A stretch of 64,000 nt of DNA from Botryllus schlosseri (lineage: Eukaryota). Shown here piece after piece: positions 24,776-38,889 of the stretch (position 1 is the first letter of the stretch; each line of letters begins with the position of its first letter). The DNA lies in assembly GCA_051294905.1 (NCBI GenBank), contig CM119377.1, forward strand, positions 28,892,001 to 28,956,000, given 5' to 3'. The notes beneath the pieces are model-generated. The model searched no databases and was not told the origin of the DNA. It saw only the letters and a list, made by a program, of their open reading frames with translations. Position numbers and translations under genes: made by a program.

Positions 24776-26556
24776 GTATAGACTGCGGGTTAGGGCTCTT
24801 CAAAAATGACTTTTTTTTCTCAAATCGTGCCGGCTACTTGATGAAATTATTAGGTTACCTAATTTAAGCCTACACGCAAAATTTGGTTCAATCCCACCCA
24901 GTAACCGCTTTGCTACAGGAGAAGAAATTTTCAATTTATCATATGAATATAAATAATTTGAAATTTCTCTGTTCACCCCATGAAAGTGTTGGGCTGTCTA
25001 CAGAAACGAGGCTCACCAAATTTGGTTCAATTCCAACCAGTGGAAGCGGAGTTCCGATTGCTGTCGAAATATTCGGATTTTAATAAAATAGTATTTACGG
25101 TGAGCACAACCATAATAAATAAACAAAGAATCGGTCACCGTAAATACTATTTTATTCAAATCCAAATTTTTTCGATGGCAATGACAAACCTGAATATTAT
25201 TGACGCCAATTTTCAAACACATCGGATTATTCACACATTCCACGCCGCTGTTTTCACACCTATAGAATCAATACCAACTAGCTCAATGAGAACCAAGTAT
25301 ACACATACAATCATTGTATTTATTACTGAAAAATCAAACGTTCAACAAAAACACGCAACTTATCATTTGCCAACTCTAGCATTACCAAAAAATTCAGGTA
25401 TTGTTGATTGAAAATCCTTGAGTCCTTATTATCAAAAATGTTATAGTGCGGTGTCAGAATCCAATCGGTAAAGGTAAATTCAGATAATCCAAAGTGAAAT
25501 ATTTCGACTTTGACATAGTCTGTATCAGTGGCGGCTCGTCCTATAGGGCAACTGCGGCATTGCCCCACCTAAAATTCTGTTCAATAACAATTCTTTGCCA
25601 TTTATAGACGCACAACAATCGATATGTACCGAAATCCCAGCAATAATCGTATACTCCTTGTCCTTTCGCTTGTAAATGCCGATGTATAGCGAAGTCTCTG
25701 CGAAAATCGAATTCTCTTCCGTTTTTTTCGCTTTGCGAATGCCTAGCCGGGGCATGCCCCGGTAGCGCTCATAACAAGCTTTCACTGCCTATTCTCTCAA
25801 AGCTGCGCACAATAAAGAAACAGTGCTTTACTCTCTCCTATTCATAAAACTACCCAGCAGGTAGGGCAACATAGCATGGTTGCCCCTAAAGTGTGATGTA
25901 ACAATCGTATCTATATCTGAACTCGCTTACCGTCATATGCGTTTAGTCGACTTTTGCTGGTATAGGTCGATTTTGATGGTGTTTCACACCATGATAATTC
26001 TTGAAACTTGGTATGTCATGTCGTGATGGTGGTATTTAACACTGTCCAAGTTCCAGGGTTTCTACTTAAAGTTTAGGGTAGTAATTCCGTTTCCAAAGTT
26101 GAGTGTGTGCTGATCCGTCATGTATCGCAAACAGATTTTACTCAAAGACGGTATTGGTATCCATTGATTTTGACGATGTTCCATACCGAGATCGGTCATG
26201 ACATTTGGTACGGTAAGTCTAAATGTTAGTATCCAACGCTGTACGAAGTTTCAAGTTTGACACTGAACTATGTTAGTGGTAATTTCGTTTCCTAAGTCGA
26301 GTGAGAGCTGACTCGTCATTTATCGCATACATATTTTACGCGAAGCCGGTATTGGTCTCCATTGATTTTAACGATGCTCCTTAGCTAGATCCGTCATGAG
26401 CTTATACATGGTATGTCTTGATTTTAGTATCGAACGCTGTGCCAAGTCTCAAGGTTGTCACTCAATGATTAGGGCAGCAATTTCGTTATCAAGGTCGAGT
26501 ATGGTAGAGATTTGCGCTGACGGTAGAGATTTGCGCTGATCTGACACTGAGCCTAA

Positions 26557-29500
26557 GGGTGGGTTTCAAAAAGTTGTCTTAATTTAGACCTGGCTTAAGG
26601 CCAGTGATTGACTTGCTCAAGACGCCAGGCGTCGGCGGTCTTAATTCGGTTTCAAATGTCAATTTGGCGCCGCGCTCGGCCAAGTCCGTTAGTTGCGAGT
26701 AATTACTGTCTACTTCGTCGCTGTAGCGAGTTCAACAAGGAACCGAGGCCAGTTGTTATTGTTTTGAGTTGCTTGCTGATGTCGTAAAGTATGGTAGCGA
26801 TGCAGTGAAGGAATATGGAATTGCTTGAGTTGTTGAAATTTACGGACGGATGATCAGAACGGAACCCCGAGGAAGTATCTGGCAAATGATCAGCACGTTA
26901 TCGCAAAGTATTCGAAGAAATAGTGCGGCTGTGATGCCGATTTTTGAAGACACAACTGCTCAGCATATGGCGTATTAATTGATGAAGATTATGCTCTTGG
27001 AGATGCTGAATATCCACTGAGGACTTATTACTCACGCCACTATTATGCCCAAGAACGTTGACCGAAAAAAGTCACTATTGTTTTCATGCATATTGTTACC
27101 CTCTGGCAGAGCGCAGTGCTTTGTGTTGAAGAAAATATCTCGCGCATTGGCTATATTCAAGGAAGAGCCGCAGAATATCGATATGACAATAGCCTGCTTC
27201 TGCCTTTACAATCATAGCAATGCTGACAAGGCAGATGGAGCTGAATTTGATGACATACTGCAACTGGAAGCGTTGACCGCACTCCCACAGTATCGACTCC
27301 TACAGAGAAATCTGCACGACAACGCATGATCTAGAGATTTTTTCTAGCTGGCATTCTTGTTTGCAATACATTTGATTACATTCCAAAACATACTCGTGCG
27401 TTACTTCTTGTGACACGTAAAATGTGCATTATGGCTTTAAGTAAGTTCAAGTTCATAAATTTGGACACAAGATAGCGAAGTTATTGCAAGGGGCTTAGAA
27501 AACTGGAGCAGGCGAACATGAACGGCTGATTTTCAAATCTTCGCTGCTTCATACTTGACTTCGGGCCTGGACTTCGGTGAGCTGTTGGTAGGGATATAAC
27601 TGATAAATTTCGGAGGAATTTTTTAAATTTTTATACTGTTGCTTTCCATACAAAACTCAATAGTCTATTGTAATACATAGCATCAGCAAACTATACGAAT
27701 GTTAATAGCAATAATAATGAGATAATAATTAATAGCAATAATAATGAGATAACAAACAGACAATTGATGGCCTAGTAATGAATGCAAATTTACCTTGATT
27801 TGGTTGGAAATGTTGCCCAAACAACTAGCAGATGCAGCTTCCAACTGCTACTCCATAAGTTGGCAGATCAGATGGGTCAGCATCTATCACAAAACAACTT
27901 ATCAAGCATGGTATAAATATGAATGGTAATGACATACTTATTACAGCCCAGTGTTGGTATCACGGTGCGAGGAACTGGATAAAGCTCGAGCAAAGTGCTT
28001 TCAGAAAAACCTTAATATAAAAGGAACTGGATATTGGTATGCGCATTCACACTCACATATACGGATGGATAGATAAATACCTATTTGATGGCTTGGCACA
28101 TCACTGCTCGTTTGATTTTCTCTGTGTTCCAAAAGAATGGTGCTATCATTTGTTTCACAGCCTGCAGCTCACTCTGGTGGCACATTGCACAGCTCTATAA
28201 TAATTTTTACATTGACTGATTATGCTACTATGTCGATACCATGACTGGGTAGCAAATCTGTGAAAATCAATGTTGAATTGACATATATCTCAAAGCATTT
28301 GGATTACTGAAGCATTAGCATGTACTGCACTTTGAATATTATTGGCATATATCACTTCAAATCAATGGCCCCTTTAAGCTGCATACATGCGCAGATGCGC
28401 AGTGCTGACATGGTTTATGCACACAGAAAATCTGAAGTCATGACCCTTTTTTAGTCGTTACGCACTGTTGTCCGAGGGTCTGCGTAGTGAGTTCTTGAGT
28501 GTACGCACAGACTCGTCAAAAATTAGAGGGAACATTGCTTCACATCTATAGCGTCAAAAATTAGAGGGAACATTGCTTCACATCAATAGCAATTCACTAA
28601 CAACTTCATGCCTAGTCATGTAATTTTTCTTTCCGAAACTTCTGGATCTTTATCCACTATGCTGAAATTCGGTCCGCGTGCAGTGAATGGAATATCAATA
28701 CAATGCTTGTTGAAAAAACACATATTGATCAAAGTTCGATGTAGTCGGCACTATTCTAGAAGGTAGCGGTTAATCATATTCATGACAATGCTCATAGGGG
28801 TGGAGCAAAAATGGATATTTAGGGGAACCCTGAAATCAATCACAGTTGCGTGCAAGTGGTGCAACCTTGATTAGGCTCAACGAAATGAGCATGATACATA
28901 TTTTCCATTTTCTGGTGACTGGTCGTGTGTTCACTTTTTGACTATAACCACAGCAAAGGCAAACTGTCAAAACGTCAACGTGCCTAAGTTAAAAGACGTA
29001 ACCAGTCGAGAAAACTATAATGATGAGTTGACGTAGGACGTAGGCTATCAATAAAGGACCTGTTGATCTGCCGCAACCTAAAATCTCATCTTGGGGCTTC
29101 TTCGATACGTCCACTATATTATCTGATGTTCCCCATGACCACTGATCAGCATCATTACCCATAGCGGATTCTTATCGCTGACCTTTCGTTACCAAAATGG
29201 GCGGGATTCGCAAGTCCAACGCTAGGCACACCTTTACGCCTTACCCCAAATATCACTTCCCGTGTCTCATAGTCATATCATATTCGTAACCAAATTGATT
29301 GGAGTCAGAGGACGAGGGTTACGGTGGTCATAGGGAACATTACTTGATACAATATAGTGCGGTTATGGGAGAAGTGCTGAGGTGTCCAGTGCTCAGGGCT
29401 CTGGCTATCCATTTCAAATGAGATCCGCTTATAAGGAACCCTGCAGCATTTGTTCACTGTAAATCCCATTATATAACGGTATATCATATCAGATTGTCAC

Positions 29501-29794
29501 GTTCATGACAAGATGGATCATGTTATGTGATAAAACATTGCTCCAAACTGCCTGACAGCACTAAACAATAATATCATCTGATTTGACTAGCTGTTCATCA
29601 GAAAAAATGGCCTACCTCCTCCAAAAAACAGCACAACAGTTACCAGCACAGGAGACTTCAGCCTACCCCCTACCAGGCTTGGATATGTGTCTTAACAAAG
29701 ACCAATTTAGGTCACAGTTTTGAAATTGACTTAGGGCTGAGGGGTGTAGCTTAAGCCCGACGACGGGATTAAGTTGACTATTTGAAACCCACCC
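26557..29794 (+). mobile_element. Second, decayed PIF/Harbinger element
   Basis: TIR GGGTGGGTTTCAAA/TTTGAAACCCACCC flanked by TAA and TTA; transposase remnant YALGDAEYPL...IACFCLYN at about 26960-27330. Confidence 0.75.
28363..28537. mobile_element. CAATGTTCCCTCTA-family MITE
   Basis: Reverse-complement match to 13176-13365; TSD CTTCA(A/C)AT; right end tandemly duplicated. Confidence 0.82.
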
Positions 29795-32700
29795 TTAGCC
29801 TACCTAACGCATTGCGGATTTCACGCAAAAGCCGGTGTATCTGTATTAACGCTAACTGTGTTCCATACTGACATAGGTGATGAGATGATGATATCATGAA
29901 ACAGTTTACTAACATCCTCGGTTTGCATTCAAATATTTAGTTTTATTTTATATTCTCCAATGTCAATTTCACCGTGAAATTGTTGCCTTCAGGCCATTTG
30001 CTCACAATTACAACTTCTGTCAAGCGCGATAGCTGTTTCGTTTTCGATGGCGGCTAACAGCAGCTGGTCGCTTGATCAGCCTATTCCTTAGTAAATTTTA
30101 GGCAAAATTCGGTGTTGGTCTGTTCGTATTACTTTTGACAGTGTGCCATACCGAAAACGGCCATGATGAGGCTGCTTCTCCATGATGTCATGTAACAGTG
30201 TACCTAGAGTTCGGCTTTCATCCACGTATTTATTCGATAATATATTTTATGAAGGCGATTTTGCAGCAGAGATATAGACACTATAGACCGTAAGCCGTAC
30301 GTGTCGTGTGACAGTCTCCAGCCTCAAGGCCAAAATCTCCCAAGCTGTACCGGGACCGAATTTCCGAGGCTGCTATCCGTAGTTCTTCAGAATGATGTTT
30401 TGGATTCAATATGACATGTCCAATCTATGAGATAACAATTGCGTATGTGTCCGAACTCGATGACCTTTCCAGTTAGGCTTACGCAATCTCTCGAGTTATA
30501 GTCATTTCCATTTCGGCAGATAATTAGTCAGGTATAGCGCGAACATGAACCGTGTCGAATCTTTGTTCCGTACGCCGTTTACGCAGTTACCACACTTCAA
30601 GTCACAGCTCACCGGCAGACCTCTCGCAGCACATACGTTAAAATCACTGTTGTCGGGAAGTTCGTGTTACCGTACCACCAAGTCACTTGTTTACGTTGGA
30701 AAACGCCATTGTGACGTCATCTTGATAAAAAGTCGCTTGCAGCCCTTGCCCCACCACCGATATTGTCACGAGCCGCCACTGGTCTGTGTTGAAATAGATT
30801 GACAAACAAACATTAAAATAGAATGACAAACTAACTACCAACTTTCACCCAGTCACATTTCGAAATTACACATTGATTTGAAACAAGTAATGAAAGATTA
30901 CAACTCTATTCACGATTCCGTTTGTAAAATAGAGTTTCAGAAATACTATCACTATGACATTTCAACATTTTAACATCTTGCCATACGCAAAAGAGTAAAA
31001 TACAAAAAAACCTTGTCAAGTCAATCTGTTTGTAACTCACCCAACCAAGGCAAAAAGTGTCCATACGAAAAGTAGACAAGACTACGTGAGTAATCACTAC
31101 AACCCGTGAACATATCAAGCTCAGTTGTATCCATATTCCGTCTTTTTTATTCAACTGTAAGATGAAGTAATTACTACTTAGTGCGCGACTTGAAATTAAC
31201 ATATACTTCTAGTATACAAGCTTTGAATGTCTGACCAACATAGTTAAGAATTCATTTCTCACGATCGAACGCTGGTGTTGCATTGATAGATATCATGTTG
31301 TCAACATCCTTAGTAACACATTGGTTTGACATACGAGATTTTGTAATAGTCGATCATGACTTAATTATTAAATTACGACGTAATTGAACCGGTGTTGGTT
31401 AATGTGATATCAACAACATCAATTTGCAAAACCAGACTTGCATGTGTGAAATGTTCTTGATTGGGAAATTATTCCGGGTTGGTACAAAACAATCGTTGTA
31501 ACAGAAAATACTTTACAAATGCAATCGTTTACAATAATTAGGACTAAAGATGAAACAACAATATAGGTATTATTACGTTCAACAACCAGTACAATTATTA
31601 AAATCTATCGTTTGCGATAACTGGATAAACTGTTCGTTTAAAACAGATTTGATGAAACATTAGCTGCAGCAAACTGATTCGATTTAACTAGGAACATTAA
31701 CTGCAACACAAACTATTGAATCGAAAAAAAATCAGAAATGAACATCCAATGTGTAGACACCAAATGTGATGTGATCCAAGATCCATGTGTAGTAGGGTTG
31801 TCCATAATTTGGAAAATCTCAAAGAAGATGCGTATCCATGTCTCATTCTGTAGATTATTGATAAAAAAAAACATCAATAGCCTGCAATAAGCTCATAGGA
31901 AAGTCGTTAACATTTGTCTAAATGCGTTTGAAAGTAGCTGCCGTAGAGTGGGCGTGTTAGCGACCATAGAACGGCGAGAAGACTAGTAATCACGAAATCA
32001 CGTCTCTTGATTGGTTAATCAGCTATGCTTGAATGGTGACGATCACAGCGGCTTGCTGATTATGTGCTTATACTAGTTCAAGAAGTTCGCTAACGGCAAT
32101 GATTCTGTAAGCACATTGTACGTTGGTGATTTAATAATTAAATGAGACATCTGGTCATTGAATGTTTTAGTGTTAAAACTAGGTACCTATAGCTTTAGGG
32201 CAACAATAACCTATTGCAGGCATGACAGAGGTGAAACAGCGGTGAACTTATAGAAGTAAGTATAGATACCAGAAATAGCAAAAATATCTGATATGCGTGT
32301 GATTACACCAAGTGGTTCTGTTTTTCTGGGTGCAGGTAAGGTGTATTAGACATCGTCAAATTGGTGCAGCATACCATGTGATATGGATTCTTGACACAAT
32401 CCTGTATGCTCAGAAGATATGTGGGCCGACCAGATAGCTTACATTGGATTTCTGAAGTAGAGTGATACATTGGATTTCTGAAGAAGAGTGTAACTACCAC
32501 ACCGCTTCAATACTTCATTTTTATGTCCATGTCTCGTTGATTCAAGCATTAGTCGAGATACAGCCGGTAATGAATGATCTAAGATTCATTAAGGACAAGC
32601 TAAGCAATGCAAGAAAACTGTGTTTTGCTGTCTGTGCTCATTTTTAGACCTCTACGCGGCATCATTGAGGACTTTGACTCTAGATAACTAAGGTAAACCG

Positions 32701-33727
32701 GAGATGCGACACTAACGGGCGTCACGTGATTTCGCGCTCTGATGACTGTCTACGCAGCTCGAGTTGTTTTGCTGGGCATTTAAATAGGAATATCTATCCA
32801 TGAGGTTAGTTTAGCGAGTAGCTACTCCGTGTGGTTACTAACTAAGATTATTGGGTTGATGCTACGTAATCAAAGCTAGCAAAACGAGGAAATGAATGTC
32901 GTAATCATTGAATGAATGTGGCTGTTTCAAGTGGTCTGTGGTCTTCATTAAGCAATAGATCGTCCAAGATGACATGACATGAGATGACATACAAATGCCT
33001 GCATTTGATTTACATGTTTATGTTTTCATAGGATTTCATATGGCATTTATATGTTTGCATATGTTTTTTACAGCAAATTTAGTTACTGCGCTGTCAACTA
33101 TCAATTATATTATGCCAACGCACTGCGCCCTCCCTGACTGTAGCTGGTCTCGTTCCAGAAAAGAAAAGCGCAGTTTGTTTACTATTCATCGACCTGATTT
33201 GGCAAGAACTCCCGGCGAAAGAGCTCACCGGGAACAATTTACAAATTATATTTTATCTTTAAGAGATTACACCTGAGGAGATATTATTAAAGACATGTTG
33301 CACAAAGAAACGTAGTTCGTCTAGTTTACAAAAGTATGAGTGTCCGGTAACGTAAATTGGTAGCCAAACCATTTATGGTTAATCATGATCTCGTCGGCAC
33401 AGTTATGTAGTATGTGAAATGTGATATTGCAGGGCTGCCATTTGCGACCATGACTTTGCTCAAGATGATATCATCTGGACTGGTAAAAGATCGAAGCTTC
33501 GTCTTGGTGCTCTGCCGACTAAAAACATCTATAAGGGATCAAACTCCAGCTGCCTACCCCAGAGAAAAACACCGGAAGTTAGAAAAGCTCTTCCTCCGGC
33601 GAAAGTTTACTCCTCTTAGTCAAGTGTAAAAACCGCTGCTAAACATTTGATCGATAATTACAAAGGTAAAATTTCTAGTTGTTCAGCTGGAGTTAGTAAG
33701 CTCTGATAACTAATATAAGCTTATATG

Positions 33728-34052
33728 TGGGCTTACCATATTTTGGAAATCTAAAAGGGGGACACTTTTTCAGAAATCCTCGACTTTCAAAACCGAAGAA
33801 GAATTCTCAAAAACCGGTGACTTTATCCCACTTTCTGATCTGTTGACTAAAAAAAAAGGTCACCGTTTTTCTCTCCGCGTTGCTAGATGGTTGACTAAAA
33901 AAAGGGTCATCTTTCCGCTCTGAGCTCAAATCACCGTGTTTTTCACTCCGAAATACCGACCGGCCTTAAAAAGCGGGACGTTTGTCTGACTGGTCGGGAC
34001 GCCGGGACAAAGCGGGACTGTCCCGCCTAAAACGGGACGTATGGTAAAGCTA
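33728..34052. mobile_element. hAT-type MITE with CGGGAC subterminal repeats
   Basis: Imperfect TIR ending TTACCATA/TATGGTAA; perfect TSD CTTATATG. Confidence 0.85.
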
Positions 34053-34275
34053 CTTATATGCATTCGTAGAGTGCCGGCTCATAACCGAGGAGGATGAAAA
34101 TTTGATAATACAGAAAAGAAATGGAGTGTTTGATGATAGCATAGTACCCGAATTCAGGTTTGAATTACTATTAGGCTACATAGCCTAGTCTGAGATATTA
34201 GTGACATTACGAATTGACATGAATTTTGATCTTGAAAAATTGTGATAGGCAGCGATGTCACAATACAGGCTATTG

Positions 34276-35822
34276 CAGAGGTCTCAAACTCAAATGTGCT
34301 CGCGGGCCAATTTCCTAGTTTTGATGACGCCGCGGGCCGCAGCATCAATGATAGGGATATTTAATGGTCTTATTTGACGGGACCTGGCAGACAGGCATCC
34401 AACAAACGTGGAAATGCAATTTACTATTGTACTATTAACGCTTGACACGGAAAAATCACATTTTCAAATATTTGAATAAAAAGTTTTTTTGTGCCGGGCA
34501 GAATTGTTTTAATAACCGAGGTATAGACATCATGTGAGAAGATGCATCATGACATCGTAAAACTGTCGGGTTATCATATTGCAACTAGTGGACCTATGAC
34601 GAGCAACAACTTTACGTAGTCTATTTTAAAAGCTACTGATGATTGATCTGATATCAGAGCTTTTGAGCGGTGTAGCCTAATCCTATGGTTTTGATATCGT
34701 CGTGGTAAGTATAGGCTATATATTGTTACTGTCATTGCCAAACACAAATTAAATAAGCGTAAGATTTTGCCTTCGATATATCAATAACACCCTAAATACT
34801 ACACTCGTTGAGCCATAGTAATAGCAATGCTTCACAAACTTTTTAGTGATCGTGTACCCCTTGTGCTTCCAATAAGATTTCTAGTAGCCCCTGTCCATTT
34901 TCAACACAATTTCTGATGGTACCGTTCTAAATCAGAAAGCCCACTCACAAAATCGCGCGAAGTGTTGCTTCTAGTTGAATATATTAGCCAAAAAAATATT
35001 CCACAGCATATCGGTATACAAATTCTACAAAGCATCTCTTACTCCCTGATGTGGTGCTTCGTACCCCGATGGGGTCTACGGACCCCAGTTAAGAACCACT
35101 CGAATAGAAATGTCTAATCCACAAAGAATTCGTTGGTGTTACCGCTGTAGAGCTTACTACCACCTTATTCGGCACCCATAATAACATGGATCGGGGCCTA
35201 CGATATTCGAATATCGTAGGCCCCGCATGGATGAAGAGAAAAAACAACATGCATCATGTAATCAACTATATACGTCACGGGGGTAACAGTATGGTTGCCA
35301 CACTTACCAGATTAAATATATATATACCCTACGCAACGCAAGCTACGATCTTTTGCTATATATTACTATTCCCCATGAAAGTTACATAGATTGATGCGAT
35401 CGTAGGATTACCAAGTCACCATTCCGAGTCGCAAGTCCTCCGATTTCAGCGTTTTACCAGACTCAACTCGAGTCAATCCGAAATCAAGTAATTTTACGAG
35501 AAGGTCGTACCAAACCAAATCACAATTTTCTGTCGCGAATCATCAACGGGTCATGTTTTATCATCATGAACTAGAAATGCGACGTATAGCTGATCTTCTT
35601 CCGCACGGTAGCTTTTAAAAGTGATGTGATAGTGATGTTTGTTGGGATTTCGTTGATTTTTATAGCAGTTTTTGCGTGAAATTCAAGTTCTTATATCTTA
35701 AAAAGATATATGGCAGTTAAATATAATGTTGATTACTTGAAATTTCAAAATGCCGTCGCGGGCCGCACAAAATGCTCTGGTGGGCCGCATGCGGCCCGCG
35801 GGCCGCGTGTTTGAGACCTCTG
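34276..35822. mobile_element. Charlie/Buster-type non-autonomous hAT element
   Basis: TIR CAGAGGTCTCAAAC/GTTTGAGACCTCTG; TSD G(G/T)CTATTG; GCGGCCCGCGGGCCGC subterminal motif. Confidence 0.9.
34825..35101. mobile_element. Probable decayed MITE nested in the Charlie element
   Basis: Ends GTTAAGAACCACT, as in the 12601-14456 family; left TIR and TSD are only partial (AATAG). Confidence 0.5.
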
Positions 35823-38462
35823 GTCTATTGCATGCTATGGCTGGCAAGTGCAACCAGAAAATGTACAGCTCCTCAAATATCATTTTGCTCTCTGACATCA
35901 TTTTTAGGTAAGTAGATAGGGCCAGGGTTTATTATAGGGCCAGGGTTTATTATAGTGATTGGTACAACTGCAAAGTTTTCATTCAGGTGAACTGAACAGG
36001 ATTGCTGTATGCAAGGGCCTTGCAGGTAATATGGCGGGCTGCGAGATGCATGCAATTTTAAGTTGCGATGGGAGGAGATTAGTTGCCACGGATGTATTTA
36101 GATCACCAGGATGTCATATAATAGGCAAGTAGCACAATTACTTTCAGATGATTTTTTTTTATATATATAGGCCATCCCTAGCGTAATTTCAGTACATACA
36201 CCTGCAGGAAAAAGTTTTGAGGCAGATGGCATTTGCATGGCTTGCAGCAATTTTATGCCAATTGACACATTCCACAATGAAGAATTAGAAATTGAGGAGA
36301 TAGAATGTGACGAGGAGGTGGTATTGCTGCATCCAGATCAGCTTTATTTATAAATAATGAACAATTTCAGGAGTCAGTCAGTCAAGACAAATGGCAGAAA
36401 ATGTTTTCTTCTAATCAGTCGAGCAACAGATCAGCCCATAAAAATGCTCGTCGATACCCCACTAATGTAATTCAGTGGGCCGTGGAGCTTTTTTCCAGAT
36501 CACCCGCGGCATACAAGTTCGTTCAGGAAAGTGGTCTCTTGACATTGCCAACAGTAAGGACGATTCAACGTTTTCGGTAACCTTTATTCATTCCTATAAG
36601 TGCAAAATTTTTTACCTGATTATAATTGATAATGATAGGAATAAGATCAAGCCTACTCCTGGTCTCAATATGATTGCAGTCAAGGAAATTGAGCGTGATG
36701 GAAAACCATAAGGCTCTTCCGGCATATATTACTCTCGATGAAATAAAAAGTTAGCATCAAGTTTTGTATGAAGATATTATGCATAACAAATAATCCTTCC
36801 TTGTTCGTTGACAGTACGTGAAAATATAGTTGTGAAAGATGGCACGCTGATTGGCTTTGTTAACTCTCCCTTCAATAATAAAGCTGAAATTGCAACACAC
36901 ATTTTAGGTGAGAAGTGACTATTCCAAGCGGTTTCAACTTGTATTCATGGTTTCTTTTTCCAGTTTTCTATGTCCGCTCCATTTGGAAAGAAATTTCGCT
37001 ACCATTGGCATGGTATCCGACCCGGTCTCTTCCTCCTGGTGACCTTGCGGTATATTTCTGGGAGCTGCTATATGCATGCGAAACAAGGGGGTTGAATATC
37101 CATGCTGTGGTAGCAGATGGATTATCCATCAATCGAAGCTTTTTCAAACTGATTTCGGGAGAAAAGAAGATTCCACTGGATAAAGCGTTCACAGGACCGA
37201 ACATTAATGCCCCGGACAGGCTCATATACCTGTGCTATGATCCCCCGCATCTTCTCAAGGTGAGCATATTTTTTATGGGATAGTCTGAAACGTAAAATTT
37301 GTGACACTCTTATTTGCAGACTGCCAGGAATTCTTTGCTCTCGTCGAGGGGGATCAAGATACATGAATATTGATGGCAATGGCAAGGATATATTATGGAG
37401 TCATGTTTTAGACCTTTACAAAACTGAGTCTACCAGCCTTGTCCTGTACTAATCTGGACTAACTAGGGCACATGTAAAGTTGAATCCACGGTCAAAAGTA
37501 TGTGACCACTCAGTGTTGGATGAATTTCGTTTCGAGTGACCCATGTACCATATTTCGTTTGTAGATGAACGTAGCGCTGGCAATGGGTGTCCTATCTGAA
37601 AGAGTAGCTCAGGGTCTGAGGCAAATGGAGCATAATGGAACAGCTGATTTCATTTTGATGAAGTACCAGTATGATGAGTACACAAATTTATTGTGTTTTG
37701 TACTGTCAAAAGTAACTTGGATTTTTGACAGCTGGTTCCACATAGTAACATGCAGGGTCAACTATCCTATTTACAATATGGGGGATAGTAGGATAAGTGC
37801 CCTTCGTGAGTTTGCGGACAAACTCGAAAATTGGATAGTAAACTAAATACACTATACTACCTGTTGATTGCGATTCCAACGCCAATGTTTTTGTTACAGA
37901 AGGAGTCTGAAGCTCGTAAAGAGCCCAAAAGGATGATGGCCCTGCCAACAATGGAGGGTCTTTTATTTTCACCTCGCGTAGTTTGATTGGGCTGTGCGAG
38001 CAGTTGTTACGGCAGATGCCTCGTGTGGCTCTTGGCACATTCACCCAAGATGTTTTGGAAACGAAACGTTCTTCGGGAATTTGGTTTGATTGGTAGCCAA
38101 CTATGCAATAATATGTTAACAAAATCCTAATTTCTCAGAGGCAACGTGGCAGACGCTGTCAAAGTCAGGATATTGGCCCGGCTGCCTATGGCAATATTCA
38201 CCTTTCACAAAGCAAGGTGATTAAACTTTCGGCTATCTTCAACAACAACAAAAAAGCGAAGTTCTCGAAACGGTAGTCATATCTTGTTTGTTTTTTTATT
38301 CGTACCTCATATGAACAATTGAGCAATACAATGCGATTTACAAATATATCTTCTGTCCAATTTTATCCATTCTTGTAAAAGTTTGCGCTTGAGTGTTCAA
38401 GATAGGAAGGTGTCGTCATAACTTGTAGCAATCTTTTCATCAGCAACCCACTTCGTCTAAAG

Positions 38463-38889
38463 CAGTGGTTCCCAAAGCGGGCGATATCGCCACCTAGGAG
38501 GCGATTGCCAGGGTTGTAACCAAGCCAATTTCACTAACAGTTTTGCATCAAGTCGAAAAATTTCAAGTGACTGTTTAGTTTCGAGTTAAGAGTCTTGTCC
38601 ACTTTTTATAACTCTGTTTGGTGACATCGAATGATTCGCAAACATTGATTTTCCTCACTTTCAGCAGCTTCTGGTAGCAAGTACCAAAAAGCGTGATTTG
38701 ATTACTTAAATTACAATGTAATGTAATGTCGGTCTTGGCCGTCTGAGTCTCGAGTCATATGACAAATTTCAGTCAACTCGAGTCATTACAACCCCGGCGA
38801 TGGCGCGTTAAAACGGCTATATTGGAGTCAAGTCGGAGAAATGACCTGACCTGAGTCTGAGAAATGACGAAAAAGGTTGGGAACCACTG
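38463..38889. mobile_element. CAGTGGTTCCCAA-family MITE containing a CAGGGTTGTAA-family MITE (38509-38796)
   Basis: Outer TSD GTCTA(A/G)AG; inner TSD GCGAT(T/G)GC. Confidence 0.88.

Larger units (their letters stand above)
25526..30781. mobile_element. Non-autonomous DNA transposon with 8-bp TSD (probably Ac-type hAT)
   Basis: TIR CAGTGGCGGCTCGT/ACGAGCCGCCACTG; TSD GTCTGT(A/G)T; diverged internal units of about 185 bp at about 25920-26500. Confidence 0.85.
33112..38250 (+). pseudogene. THAP-domain P-type transposase of P#1 (multi-exon, decayed)
   Basis: THAP start MPTHCALPDC and later LRLGALPT; RRYPTNVIQWAVELFSRSPAAYKFVQESGLLTLPTVRT; VVADGLSINR; YDPPHLLK|TARNS; GKDILW; MNVALAMGVLS; short GT-AG introns. 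Confidence 0.88.
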
